DNA of 64,000 nucleotides from the NCBI GenBank assembly GCA_039621445.1, contig CP154954.1, positions 9,939,521 to 10,003,520 on the forward strand, given 5' to 3'. Numbering within the stretch: position 1 is the first letter of the stretch; each line of letters begins with the position of its first letter. A model generated the notes under the pieces. That model searched no databases. It worked only from the letters and a program-made list of their open reading frames with translations, and was not told where the DNA came from. Source of the DNA: Euglena gracilis. Taxonomy: Eukaryota. Below are positions 15,001 to 28,319 of the stretch, piece after piece. A program made the position numbers and the translations under genes.

Positions 15001-18000
15001 GGGATTTGCCCCCCAAAACGGGTGGGTAACACAAGGGATTTTGTTATTTTGGGGCCCTCGAACAGTTGGGCAACAAAAGGGATTTGCCCCCCAAAACGGG
15101 TGGGTAACACAAGGGATTTTGTTATTTTGGGGCCCTCGAACAGTTGGGCAACAAAAGGGATTTGCCCCGCAAAACGGGTGGGTAACACAAGGGATTGTGT
15201 TATTTTGGGGCCCTAGAAAAGAAGGGCAACAAAAGGGATTTGCCCCCCAAAACGGTGTGGGTAACACAAGGGATTTTGTTATTTTGGGGCCCTCGAACAG
15301 TTGGGCAACAAAAGGGATTTGCCCCCAAAACGGGTGGGTAACACAAGGGATTTTGTTATTTTGGGGTCCTCGAACAGTTGGGCAACAAAAGGGATTTGCC
15401 CCCCCAAAACGGGTGGGTAACAGAAGGGATTTTGTTATTTTGGGGCCCTCGAACAGTTGGGCAACAAAAGGGATTTGCCCCACAAAACGGGTGGGTAACA
15501 CAAGGGATTTTGTTATTTAGGGGCCCTCGAACAGTTGGGCAACAAAAGGGATTTGCCCCCCAAAACGGATGGGTAACACAAGGGATTTTGTTATTTTGGG
15601 GTCCTCGAACAGTTGGGCAACAAAAGGGATTTGCCCCCCCAAAACGGGTGGGTAACACAAGGGATTTTGTTATTTTGGGGCCCTCGAACAGTTGGGCAAC
15701 AAAAGGGATTTGCCCCCCAAAACAGGTGGGTAACACAAGGGATTTTGTTATTTTGGGGCCCTCGAACAGTTGGGCAACAAAAGGGATTTGCCCCCCAAAA
15801 CGGGTGGGTAACACAAGGGATTTTGTTATTTTGGGGCCCTCGAACAGTTGGGCAACAAAAGGGATTTGCCCGCCAAATCAGTGGGTTAAAAAAGGGATTT
15901 GCCCCCCAAAACGGGTGGGTAACACAAGGGATTGTGTTATTTTGGGGCCCTAGAAAAGAAGGGCAACAAAAGGGATTTGCCCCCGAAAACGGTTGGGTAA
16001 CACAAGGGATTTTGTTATTTAGGGGCCCTCGAACAGTTGGGCAACAAAAGGGATTTGCCCCCCAAAACGGGTGGGTAACAAGGGATTTTGTTATTTTGGG
16101 GCCCTCGAACAGTTGGGCAACAAAAGGGATTTGCCCCCCAAAACGGGTGGGTAACACAAGGGATTTTGTTATTTTGGGGCCCTCGAACAGTTGGGCAAAA
16201 AAAGGGTTTTGCCCCCCAAATCAGTTGGTTTACACAAGGGATTTGCCCCCCAAAACGGGTGGGTAACACAAGGGATTTTGTTATTTTGGGGCCCTCGAAC
16301 AGTTGGGCAACAAAAGGGATTTGCCCCCAAAACGGGTGGGTAACACAAGGGATTTTGTTATTTTGGGGTCCTCGAACAGTTGGGCAACAAAAGGGATTTG
16401 CCCCCCAAAACGGGTGGGTAACACAAGGGATTTTGTTATTTTGGGGCCCTCGAACAGTTGGGCAACAAAAGGGATTTGCCCCCCAAAACGGGTGGGTAAC
16501 ACAAGGGATTTTGTTATTTTGGGGCCCTCGGACATTTGGGCAACAAAAGGGATTTGCCCCCCAAATCAGTTGGGTTACACAAGGGATTTTGTTATTTTGG
16601 GGCCCTCGAACAGTTGGGCAACAAAAGGGATTTGCACCCCAGATCAGTTGGGTTACACAAGGGATTTGCCCCGCAAAATGGGTGGGTAACACAAGGGATT
16701 TTGTTATTTTGGGGCCCTCGAACAGTTGGGCAACAAAAGGGATTTGCCCCCAAAACGGGTGGGTAACACAAGGGATTTTGTTATTTAGGGGCCCTCGAAC
16801 AGTTGGGCAACAAAAGGGATTTGCCCCCCAAAACGGGTGGGTAACACAAGGGATTTTGTTATTTTGGGGCCCTCGAACAGTTGGGCAACAAAAAGGGTTT
16901 GCCCCCCAAATCAGTTGGTTTACACAAGGGATTTGCCCCCCAAAACGGGTGGGTAACACAAGGGATTGTGTTATTTTGGGGCCCTAGAAAAGAAGGGCAA
17001 CAAAAGGGATTTGCCCCCGAAAACGGTTGGGTAACACAAGGGATTTTGTTATTTAGGGGCCCTCGAACAGTTGGGCAACAAAAGGGATTTGCCCCCCAAA
17101 ACGGGTGGGTAACACAAGGGATTTTGTAATTTTGGGGCCCTCGAACAGTTGGGCAACAAAAGGGATTTGCCCCCCAAAACGGGTGGGTAACACAAGGGAT
17201 TTTGTTATTTTGGGGCCCTCGAACAGTTGGGCAACAAAAGGGATTTGCCCCCCAAAACGGGTGGGTAACACAAGGGATTTTGTTATTTTGGGGCCCTCGA
17301 ACAGTTGGGCAACAAAAGGGATTTGCCCCGCAAAACGGGTGGGTAACACAAGGGATTGTGTTATTTTGGGGCCCTAGAAAAGAAGGGCAACAAAAGGGAT
17401 TTGCCCCCCAAAACGGTGTGGGTAACACAAGGGATTTTGTTATTTTGGGGCCCTCGAACAGTTGGGCAACAAAAGGGATTTGCCCCCCAAAACGGGTGGG
17501 TAACACAAGGGATTTTGTTATTTTGGGGTCCTCGAACAGTTGGGCAACAAAAGGGATTTGCCCCCCCAAAACGGGTGGGTAACAGAAGGGATTTTGTTAT
17601 TTTGGGGCCCTCGAACAGTTGGGCAACAAAAGGGATTTGCCCCACAAAACGGGTGGGTAACACAAGGGATTTTGTTATTTAGGGGCCCTCGAACAGTTGG
17701 GCAACAAAAGGGATTTGCCCCCCAAAACGGATGGGTAACACAAGGGATTTTGTTATTTTGGGGTCCTCGAACAGTTGGGCAACAAAAGGGATTTGCCCCC
17801 CAAAACGGGTGGGTAACACAAGGGATTTTGTTATTTTGGGGCCCTCGAACAGTTGGGCAACAAAAGGGATTTGCCCCCCAAAACAGGTGGGTAACACAAG
17901 GGATTTTGTTATTTTGGGGGCCCCGAACAGTTGGGCAACAAAAGGGATTTGCCCCCCAAAACGGGTGGGTAACACAAGGGATTTTGTTATTTTGGGGCCC

Positions 18001-21000
18001 TCGAACAGTTGGGCAACAAAAGGGATTTGCCCGCCAAATCAGTTGGTTTACACAAGGGATTTGCCCCCCAAAACGGGTGGGTAACACAAGGGATTGTGTT
18101 ATTTTGGGGCCCTAGAAAAGAAGGGCAACAAAAGGGATTTGCCCCCGAAAACGGTTGGGTAACACAAGGGATTTTGTTATTTAGGGGCCCTCGAACAGTT
18201 GGGCAACAAAAGGGATTTGCCCCCCAAAACGGGTGGGTAACACAAGGGATTTTGTAATTTTGGGGCCCTCGAACAGTTGGGCAACAAAAGGGATTTGCCC
18301 CCCAAAACGGGTGGGTAACACAAGGGATTTTGTTATTTTGGGGCCCTCGAACAGTTGGGCAACAAAAAGGGTTTGCCCCCCAAATCAGTTGGTTTACACA
18401 AGGGATTTGCCCCCCAAAACGGGTGGGTAACACAAGGGATTTTGTTATTTTGGGGCCCTCGAACAGTTGGGCAACAAAAGGGATTTGCCCCCAAAACGGG
18501 TGGGTAACACAAGGGATTTTGTTATTTTGGGGTCCTCGAACAGTTGGGCAACAAAAGGGATTTGCCCCCCCAAAACGGGTGGGTAACACAAGGGATTTTG
18601 TTATTTTGGGGCCCTCGAACAGTTGGGCAACAAAAGGGATTTGCCCCCCAAAACGGGTGGGTAACACAAGGGATTTTGTTATTTTGGGGCCCTCGGACAT
18701 TTGGGCAACAAAAGGGATTTGCCCCCCAAATCAGTTGGGTTACACAAGGGATTTTGTTATTTTGGGGCCCTCGAACAGTTGGGCAACAAAAGGGATTTGC
18801 ACCCCAGATCAGTTGGGTTACACAAGGGATTTGCCCCGCAAAATGGGTGGGTAACACAAGGGATTTTGTTATTTTGGGGCCCTCGAACAGTTGGGCAACA
18901 AAAGGGATTTGCCCCCCAAAACGGGTGGGTAACACAAGGGATTTTGTTATTTAGGGGCCCTCGAACAGTTGGGCAACAAAAGGGATTTGCCCCCCAAAAC
19001 GGGTGGGTAACACAAGGGATTTTGTTATTTTGGGGCCCTCGAACAGTTGGGCAACAAAAAGGGTTTGCCCCCCAAATCAGTTGGTTTACACAAGGGATTT
19101 GCCCCCCAAAACGGGTGGGTAACACAAGGGATTGTGTTATTTTGGGGCCCTAGAAAAGTAGGGCAACAAAAGGGATTTGCCCCCCAAAACGGTGTGGGTA
19201 ACACAAGGGATTTTGTTATTTAGGGGCCCTCGAACAGTTGGGCAACAAAAGGGATTTGCACCCCAGATCAGTTGGGCAACAAAAGGGATTTGCCCCCCAA
19301 AACGGGTGGGTAACAGAAGGGATTTTGTTATTTTGGGGCCCTCGAACAGTTGGGCAACAAAAGGGATTTGCCCCACAAAACGGGTGGGTAACACAAGGGA
19401 TTTTGTTATTTAGGGGCCCTCGAACAGTTGGGCAACAAAAGGGATTTGCCCCACAAAACGGGTGGGTAACACAAGGGATTTTGTTATTTAGGGGCCCTCG
19501 AACAGTTGGTTAACAAAAGGGATTTGCCCCCCAAAACGGGTGGGTAACACAAGGGATTTTGTTATTTTGGGGCCCTCGAACAGTTGGGCAACAAAAGGGA
19601 TTTGCCCCCCCAAAACGGGTGGGTAACACAAGGGATTTTGTTATTTTGGGGCCCTCGAACAGTTGGGCAACAAAAGGGATTTGCCCCCAAAACGGGTGGG
19701 TAACACAAGGGATTTTGTTATTTTGGGGTCCTCGAACAGTTGGGCAACAAAAGGGATTTGCCCCCCCAAAACGGGTGGGTAACAGAAGGGATTTTGTTAT
19801 TTTGGGGCCCTCGAACAGTTGGGCAACAAAAGGGATTTGCCCCACAAAACGGGTGGGTAACACAAGGGATTTTGTTATTTAGGGGCCCTCGAACAGTTGG
19901 GCAACAAAAGGGATTTGCCCCCCAAAACGGATGGGTAACACAAGGGATTTTGTTATTTTGGGGCCCTCGAACAGTTGGGCAACAAAAGGGATTTGCCCCC
20001 CCAAAACGGGTGGGTAACACAAGGGATTTTGTTATTTTGGGGCCCTCGAACAGTTGGGCAACAAAAGGGATTTGCCCCCCAAAACAGGTGGGTAACACAA
20101 GGGATTTTGTTATTTTGGGGCCCTCGAACAGTTGGGCAACAAAAGGGATTTGCCCCCCAAAACGGGTGGGTAACACAAGGGATTTTGTTATTTTGGGGCC
20201 CTCGAACAGTTGGGCAACAAAAAGGGATTTGCCCGCCAAATCAGTTGGTTTACACAAGGGATTTGCCCCCCAAAACGGGTGGGTAACACAAGGGATTGTG
20301 TTATTTTGGGGCCCTAGAAAAGAAGGGCAACAAAAGGGATTTGCCCCCGAAAACGGGTGGGTAACACAAGGGATTTTGTAATTTTGGGGCCCTCGAACAG
20401 TTGGGCAACAAAAGGGATTTGCCCCCCAAAACGGGTGGGTAACACAAGGGATTTTGTTATTTTGGGGCCCTCGAACAGTTGGGCAACAAAAAGGGTTTGC
20501 CCCCCAAATCAGTTGGTTTACACAAGGGATTTGCCCCCCAAAACGGGTGGGTAACACAAGGGATTTTGTTATTTTGGGGCCCTCGAACAGTTGGGCAACA
20601 AAAGGGATTTGCCCCCAAAACGGGTGGGTAACACAAGGGATTTTGTTATTTTGGGGTCCTCGAACAGTTGGGCAACAAAAGGGATTTGCCCCCCCAAAAC
20701 GGGTGGGTAACACAAGGGATTTTGTTATTTTGGGGCCCTCGAACAGTTGGGCAACAAAAGGGATTTGCCCCCCAAAACGGGTGGGTAACACAAGGGATTT
20801 TGTTATTTTGGGGCCCTCGGACATTTGGGCAACAAAAGGGATTTGCCCCCCAAATCAGTTGGGTTACACAAGGGATTTTGTTATTTTGGGGCCCTCGAAC
20901 AGTTGGGCAACAAAAGGGATTTGCACCCCAGATCAGTTGGGTTACACAAGGGATTTGCCCCGCAAAATGGGTGGGTAACACAAGGGATTTTGTTATTTTG

Positions 21001-23294
21001 GGGCCCTCGAACAGTTGGGCAACAAAAGGGATTTGCCCCCCAAAACGGGTGGGTAACACAAGGGATTTTGTTATTTAGGGGCCCTCGAACAGTTGGGCAA
21101 CAAAAGGGATTTGCCCCCCAAAACGGGTGGGTAACACAAGGGATTTTGTTATTTTGGGGCCCTCGAACAGTTGGGCAACAAAAAGGGTTTGCCCCCCAAA
21201 TCAGTTGGTTTACACAAGGGATTTGCCCCCCAAAACGGGTGGGTAACACAAGGGATTGTGTTATTTTGGGGCCCTAGAAAAGTAGGGCAACAAAAGGGAT
21301 TTGCCCCCCAAAACGGTGTGGGTAACACAAGGGATTTTGTTATTTAGGGGCCCTCGAACAGTTGGGCAACAAAAGGGATTTGCACCCCAGATCAGTTGGG
21401 CAACAAAAGGGATTTGCCCCCCAAAACGGGTGGGTAACAGAAGGGATTTTGTTATTTTGGGGCCCTCGAACAGTTGGGCAACAAAAGGGATTTGCCCCAC
21501 AAAACGGGTGGGTAACACAAGGGATTTTGTTATTTAGGGGCCCTCGAACAGTTGGGCAACAAAAGGGATTTGCCCCACAAAACGGGTGGGTAACACAAGG
21601 GATTTTGTTATTTAGGGGCCCTCGAACAGTTGGTTAACAAAAGGGATTTGCCCCCCCAAAACGGGTGGGTAACACAAGGGATTTTGTTATTTTGGGGCCC
21701 TCGAACAGTTGGGCAACAAAAGGGATTTGCCCCCCCAAAACGGGTGGGTAACACAAGGGATTTTGTTATTTTGGGGCCCTCGAACAGTTGGGCAACAAAA
21801 GGGATTTGCCCCCCCAAAACGGGTGGGTAACACAAGGGATTTTGTTATTTTGGGGGCCTCGAACAGTTGGGCAACAAAAGGGATTTGCCCCCCAAAACAG
21901 GTGGGTAACACAAGGGATTTTGTTATTTTGGGGCCCTCGAACAGTTGGGCAACAAAAAGGGATTTGCCCCCCCCAAAACGGGTGGGTAACACAAGGGATT
22001 TTGTTATTTTGGGGCCCTCGAACAGTTGGGCAACAAAAGGGATTTGCCCGCCAAATCAGTTGGTTTACACAAGGGATTTGCCCCGCAAAACGGGTGGGTA
22101 ACACAAGGGATTGTGTTATTTTGGGGCCCTAGAAAAGAAGGGCAACAAAAGGGATTTGCCCCCGAAAACGGTTGGGTAACACAAGGGATTTTGTTATTTT
22201 GGGGCCCTCGAACAGTTGGGCAACAAAAGGGATTTGCCCCCAAAACGGGTGGGTAACACAAGGGATTTTGTTATTTTGGGGCCCTCGGACATTTGGGCAA
22301 CAAAAGGGATTTGCCCCCCAAATCAGTTGGGTTACACAAGGGATTTTGTTATTTTGGGGCCCTCGAACAGTTGGGCAACAAAAGGGATTTGCACCCCAGA
22401 TCAGTTGGGTTACACAAGGGATTTGCCCCGCAAAATGGGTGGGTAACACAAGGGATTTTGTTATTTTGGGGCCCTCGAACAGTTGGGCAACAAAAGGGAT
22501 TTGCCCCCCAAAACGGGTGGGTAACACAAGGGATTTTGTTATTTAGGGGCCCTCGAACAGTTGGGCAACAAAAGGGATTTGCCCCCCAAAACGGGTGGGT
22601 AACACAAGGGATTTTGTAATTTTGGGGCCCTCGAACAGTTGGGCAACAAAAGGGATTTGCCCCCCAAAACGGGTGGGTAACACAAGGGATTTTGTTATTT
22701 TGGGGCCCTCGAACAGTTGGGCAACAAAGGGATTTGCCCCCCAAAACAGTTGGTTTACACAAGGGATTTGCCCCCCAAAACGGGTGGGTAACACAAGGGA
22801 TTGTGTTATTTTGGGGCCCTAGAAAAGTAGGGCAACAAAAGGGATTTGCCCCCCAAAACGGTGTGGGTAACACAAGGGATTTTGTTATTTAGGGGCCCTC
22901 GAACAGTTGGGCAACAAAAGGGATTTGCACCCCAGATCAGTTGGGCAACAAAAGGGATTTGCCCCCCAAAACGGGTGGGTAACACAAGGGATTTTGTTAT
23001 TTTGGGGCCCTCGAACAGTTGGGCAACAAAAGGGATTTGCCCCCCAAAACGGGTCGGTAACACAAGGGATTTTGTTATTTTGGGGCCCTCGAACAGTTGG
23101 GCAACAAAAGGGATTCGCCCCCCAAAACGGGTGGGTAACACAAGGGATTTTGTTATTTTGGGGCCCTCGAACAGTTGGGCAACAAAAAGGATTTGCCCCC
23201 CAAAACAGTAACACAAGGGATTTTGTAATTTTGGGGCCCTCGAACAGTTGGGCAACAAAAGGGATTTGCCCCCCAAATCAGTTGGGTTACACAA
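1..23294 (+). repeat. 78-bp tandem satellite array (open at left edge)
   Basis: Consensus ttttggggccctcgaacagttgggcaacaaaagggatttgccccccaaaacgggtgggtaacacaagggattttgtta repeats head-to-tail. 112-bp variants carry an extra 34-bp subunit. The array ends at acacaa|gggggagcac. Confidence 0.98.
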
Positions 23295-23400
23295 GGGGGA
23301 GCACGCGGCTGGCCGACGGCTGGCCGACGGCGTGACGGAAGCCGGGTCTTTTGTTAAGCTAACTTTGGGTGGCAAATGCCTAATTTGGTGTGCCAGCTTA
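23295..23400. mobile_element. End 'B' of GGGGGAGCA-TIR DNA element inserted in the satellite
   Basis: gggggagcacgcggctggccgacggc...gtgacggaa matches the reverse complement of the terminus at 49817-49851. It is preceded by CAA (23292-23294). Confidence 0.7.
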
Positions 23401-24007
23401 TAAAATATACATTATATATTATTTTATGTTATATTATATAGGGGGTGTGATCCCCGTGTCCCCCCCCCCGTGTCCCCCCCGTGTCCCGCACTTCAGGGGG
23501 GTCCCTAGAAGGCGGCCAAGGCAACATACAGCATGAATTTTTAGCTGTTTGGCATCATTTTCCACAGTTTTTCATGGATTCTCAAGGCCATTTGACTTTC
23601 CCCCACCCACAATCCCTTTTTTTTTCACCTAGGATGGCCTGGAGCTTGGCTCGGGGTCAATGTGAAATGATTTTTTGGTCCCTCAAAAAGTCGCAAATTT
23701 CGTCCCGGAAGGTCCCGAAAAGAGGCATGTTTCCCCCGTGTCCCCCCCCGTGTCCCCCCCCCGTGTCCCCCCCATGTCCCGCCCCACCCCATACATTAAT
23801 TAATAATTATTTTAATATTTTTGTTTGAATTTTTTGACACATTAATATTAATAGAATACCATACATTATTATTAGGACCAATTCGGCAGTCTTTTTTGAT
23901 AATATTAATTAATAATTATAAAAAATATAATAATATAAGTAATGATAAATATGTAAATATATTTCATTCATATCAATACCTTTGTTATTAGTAGGTGTAA
24001 ATCTATT

Positions 24008-24282
24008 AACGTGACCCCCCCCCTATTTGTCCCCCCCCCCCCTAATTGGCCAGAGCCCAGGTGGCCAATTAGGGGGGGGGGTTACTCATTTTAAGGGAAA
24101 ATGCCTTTATTCGGGTGTTTTTTGGGGGTTCGCGACTTTGAAGGACGGGGCCCAGGTGGCCAATTAGGGGGGGGGTTAGGGGTAACCCCCCCCCCCCCTA
24201 ATTGTCCCCCACCCCTAATTGGCCAGAAGGGGGGTCCGGCCCGCCCGAAGGGCGGCCAAATAGAGGGGGGGGGGGTCACGTT
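24008..24282. mobile_element. MITE-like element, about 275 bp
   Basis: TIRs aacgtgacccccccc / ggggggggtcacgtt, flanked on both sides by aatctatt (6-8 bp TSD depending on where the terminus is placed). Confidence 0.7.
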
Positions 24283-24399
24283 AATCTATTATTTTGCTTA
24301 TTACTATTTATATGTAAATGATAAACATAATACGACCCGGTATAGCATTTAATGAATAATATTTATTCACCATTTACACTACGGTATTTAATATCCTGT

Positions 24400-24530
24400 G
24401 TTACTTGAAAAAGGTGGAATGGAGCAAAGAAAACTCTAAGGGTGAAAATAGTCGACTATTCGTCGGATATAGGAGATTAATCGGTTTTATTCGTTCACGA
24501 GGTTGAACGAACACTATTCTACCAACCTTA
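24400..24530. mobile_element. One end of a TAAGGTTGG-TIR element (partner end at about 26540-26636)
   Basis: ccaacctta at 24522-24530 and 26628-26636, each abutting the satellite 7-mer cctcgaa (ttcgagg at 24531-24537; cctcgaa at 26637-26643). Both have gtcgacta/ttcg subterminal motifs. Confidence 0.6.
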
Positions 24531-24822
24531 TTCGAGGGCCCCAAAATAACAAAATCCCTTGTGTTACCCACCCGTTTTGGGGGGCAAATTTCTTGTGTAA
24601 CCCAACTGATCTGGGGTGCAAATCCCTTTTGTTGCCCAATTGTTCGAGGGCCCCTAAATAACAAAATCCCTTGTGTTACCCACCCGTTTTGGGGGGCAAA
24701 TCCCTTGTGTAACCCAACTGATTTGGGGGGCAAATCCCTTTTGTTGCCCAACCGTTCGAGGGCCCCAAAATAGCAAAATCCCTTGTGTTACCCACCCGTT
24801 TTGGGGGGGGGCAAATCCCTTG
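24531..24822 (-). repeat. Inverted block of the 78-bp satellite
   Basis: Reverse complement of the monomer (gagggccccaaaataacaaaatcccttgtgttacccacccg...). Confidence 0.95.
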
Positions 24823-25620
24823 GGGGGAGCACGCTGTCGGCCAGCCGTCGGCCAGCCGTGTGACTCACAGGAAAATGACCCGAGCCACAACCTTCCAATG
24901 CAGAAACAATTTCGCCGTCAATCTCCCTTCAAGGTCATGTTCATCGTTGGTGGAGGCCGCATTTTTACCCATTTAAATTAATTTTCAGCCAATTTTTGTC
25001 AATTTTGCCAATTTTAGACTTTTTTTTGACAAATTCTCGCCATTTAGGCCTATTTTTGGGTCATTCTCTAGTCATTGTGAGGATTTTTGTCTACAAATTA
25101 TTCGAATAACTGAAAATTGCTCAACGGGTGTCCCATTTTCAACCATTGTGGAATTTGAAAGATAATTCAAAATGCCGCTGTAATTGAGCAAATTTCTCCC
25201 CAAAATATGCATTTTGCCACTGATGCCATCCAAAATTGTGTATTATCCACTCGAAAATAGGAGTTTACACCAAATTTACCCAGAATTAGGCATATGCCAA
25301 CCCAAATTTGGACATTGCCCCCCGGATTAGGCATTTGTCTTCTCAAAAAAGGAGGAATTTGGCACACATAATTAGGCATTGGCACCCCGGATTAGGCATT
25401 TGTCTTCTCAAAAAAGTAGGAATTTGTCACACACAATTAGGCATTGGCACACCTAAATAGGGATTACCACTCAAATTTCGGTGTTTTACACCCTAAAATA
25501 GGTATTTGCCACTCAAAATTAGGAATTTACACATGAAATCCGGAAATTGGTCCTCAATATTAGGAATTGGCACACAAAATTAGGAATTTGCCTCTCAAAA
25601 TTCTGATAGGTTATAAATGA
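24823..25620. mobile_element. End 'A' and internal aattagg-repeat region of the GGGGGAGCA-TIR element
   Basis: gggggagcacgctgtcggccagccgtcggccagccgtgtgactc resembles 37135-37180. It shares aatctcccttcaaggtcatg and aattagg repeats with 39029-39300. Confidence 0.65.
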
Positions 25621-25727
25621 TGGATCTATACCCTAGCCGGTTTATTATAGTAATAGATCAACTAACAAATAAAGGTATTTTTGACCAAATACCTTTATTT
25701 GTTAGTTGATCTATTACAAAAAAGGAT

Positions 25728-26130
25728 TAACGGGACCCCCCCCCTATATGGCACCCCCCGGGAGCGTTTTGACCCCCCCTGGCGACAATTAGGGGGGGGG
25801 GTGACAATTAGGGGGGGGTACTCAATTTACCCTACATGTCCATGGGTATATCGTAGTATATATATTATATAGTAAAAATATAGTATGTATATTAGCTGAT
25901 ATAATTACCATCTGGGTATTAACGTGACCCCCCCCCTATATTTTACCCACCCCTAATTGTCGCCCCCCCCCCTTTGGGGGGCGACAATTAGGGGTGGGGG
26001 TGCCCATGGACCCATGGACATGTAGGGTGAATTGAGTACCCCCACCCCTAATTGTCACCCACCCCTAATTGTCGCCAGGGGGGGTCAAAACGCTCTCTGG
26101 GGGGTGCCATTTAGGGGGGGGGTCACGTTA
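25728..26130. repeat. About 120-bp imperfect inverted repeat (25728-25848 vs 26010-26130) of the taacgtgaccc MITE family
   Basis: ctacatgtccatgggt / acccatggacatgtag and agcgttttgacccccc / ggggggtcaaaacgct arms. Confidence 0.75.
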
Positions 26131-26636
26131 TGTACCCCCTGGGGGGAGGTACATAATGGGGGGTGGACGGTATTGTACAATTAATAAACCTACTTTTCCT
26201 GCAAATTATAATAGAAATTTACTTGCATTACTTGCACCAACTTCTAAAAAAATTAATCTTTTCAATAATTATGTACCACCCAATCCTCTGGGTATTAATA
26301 TAATAGGACCTAATCCAATACGTACTTTACCATGCCCCCCATTATGCACCCTCTGGGGGGGAGGCACATAATGGGGGGCAGCATGCACTTGCTCCCATGA
26401 GGACATCTTAAAAAAAACAAAAACTTCAAAATTTTTTAAAAAACCCTTGTGGCAGCCTTTTTTTTGCATGAAATTTGGCTTCTGTGCCCCCCAGAATTAC
26501 CCCTGAATGTTGTGCACCAGTCCAATTTTGTAAGAGGCAAATTCGTTCACGACTATTCTTTTTGGGCATGAACGATTAATCCTGTTCGGGGGTCCCGAAC
26601 GAATAATCGACTAGTCGACTAGTCGTCCCAACCTTA

Positions 26637-27430
26637 CCTCGAACAGTTGGGCAACAAAACGGATTTGCCCCCCAAATCAGTTGGGTTAGACAAGGGATTT
26701 GCCCCGCAAAACGGGTGGGTAACACAAGGGATTTTGTTATTTTGGGGCCCTCGAACAGTTGGGCAACAAAAGGGATTTGCCCCCCAAAACGGGTGGGTAA
26801 CACAAGGGATTTTGTTATTTAGGGGCCCTCGAATAGTTGGGCAACAAAAGGGATTTGCCCCCCAAAACGGGTGGGTAACACAAGGGATTTTGTTATTTTG
26901 GGGCCCTCGAACAGTTGGGCAACAAAGGGGTTTGCCATCCAAAACGGGTGGGCAGCACAAGGGATTTTGTTGTTTTGGGGCCCTCGAACAGTTGGGCAAC
27001 AAAGGGGTTTTCCATCCAAAACGGTTGGGCAGCACAAGGTTATTTGTTATTTTGCGGCCCTGAAACAGGTGGGAAACAAAGGGGTTTGCCATCCAAAACG
27101 GTTGGGCAGCACAAGGGAATTTGTTATTTTGTCAAAATTTCGCACAAAAAGGACTTAGCCCTCCAATTATGTGGCCAACATAGAAGGGATTTTGATTTGA
27201 GGGGGGGGGTGCGGGGGGGGGGGACGGAGCCCGGTATTTTGGGGCAACAAAGGGGTTTGCCATCCAAAACTGTTGGGCAGCACAAGGATATTTGTTATTT
27301 TGGGGCCCTGAAACAGTTGGGCAACAAAGGGGTTTGCCATCCAAAACGGTTGGGCAGCACAAGGGAATTTGTTATTTTGTCAAAATTTCGCACAAAAAGG
27401 ACTTAGCCCTCCAATTATGTTGCCAACATA
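26637..27430 (+). repeat. Distal, progressively diverged satellite monomers
   Basis: Same monomer, decaying to ccatccaaaacggttgggcagcacaagg variants. Includes a tandem duplication of about 240 bp containing gtcaaaatttcgcacaaaaaggacttagccc. Confidence 0.9.
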
Positions 27431-27569
27431 GAAGGGATTTTGATTTGAGGGGGGAGTTGCGGGGGGGGGGGACGGAGCCCCCCCCGCCGCCTATGCCAAT
27501 GTGATCCACAAAAACAACTTAGCCCCCAAGAAAGTTGCCAACATGTTCCGAAAATTTCCTTTTTTTTCT

Positions 27570-27863
27570 TTGGAGGGGGGGGAGGTCGTGGGGTGGGCCG
27601 ACCCTAAGTCGACCCTGAGGTGGCAGGGGGGGGGGGAGGTCGTGGGGTGGGCCGACCCTAGGGTTGTGGGGGGGGGGGGAGGGCGGGGGGGGGGCCGACC
27701 CTAAGTCGACCCTAGGGTCGGCCCACAAGGGTTTCTAGGGTCGCCACCCACTCCACAGCCTGGGGGGGGGTCGACCATAGCGACCTTTGGCGACCTTTGG
27801 CGACCGTGGGCCGACCCCAGGGTCGGCCCACAACCCCCCCCCCCAGGCCAGATCCGGGAGCCC
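27570..27863. mobile_element. Terminal region (ggccgaccctagggtcgg motifs) of a dispersed element
   Basis: Ends cccccaggccagatccgggagccc. A near-identical terminus ends at 50418. Confidence 0.55.
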
Positions 27864-28319
27864 CCCTTTGGTGACCCGAGATCACCAAGCCCGTCTCTCC
27901 GTAATCCCGTGGGAGCTGGGGGCAACCCTTGGGTAGGCACAGAGTGCTATCCGCTCGTGAGAGGAAGTCGAGGACCTTGGCTTGCTTTTTCGATTATTCG
28001 ATTATTATAAATTGACCCCCCCACCGATTGAGCGATTAATCAACCCCCCATCCATGGAGGGGTCCATCAACCCATTTGAAGGATAGGGAATGCATTGCAA
28101 ATATTTTTTCACAACATACAGGTGGCCGTTTAAATGCGGAGGAGAGTTAATTCATTTTGACATTTAAATCACTAGGCATTAAATCCCGGGAGGTTGGACC
28201 CCTCGGTGGATTTAATCCCGGCGAGGTTATTCTACTTAGGAATTGCGCAATAAGGAAGCTCCTAATTCCCCACACTTTCTGAGTGTCTACTTTTTTTTCG
28301 ACTTCTGGCATATCCGCCA

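Noticed and set aside
1-23294. CRISPR array
   Set aside because: No unique spacers (the whole unit repeats), no cas genes, and a eukaryotic TE context.
3-23375. Hundreds of ORFs with GWVTQGILLFWGPRTVGQQKGFAPQN-type repeats
   Set aside because: Artefact of a 78-bp (multiple of 3) satellite that is open in several frames on both strands.
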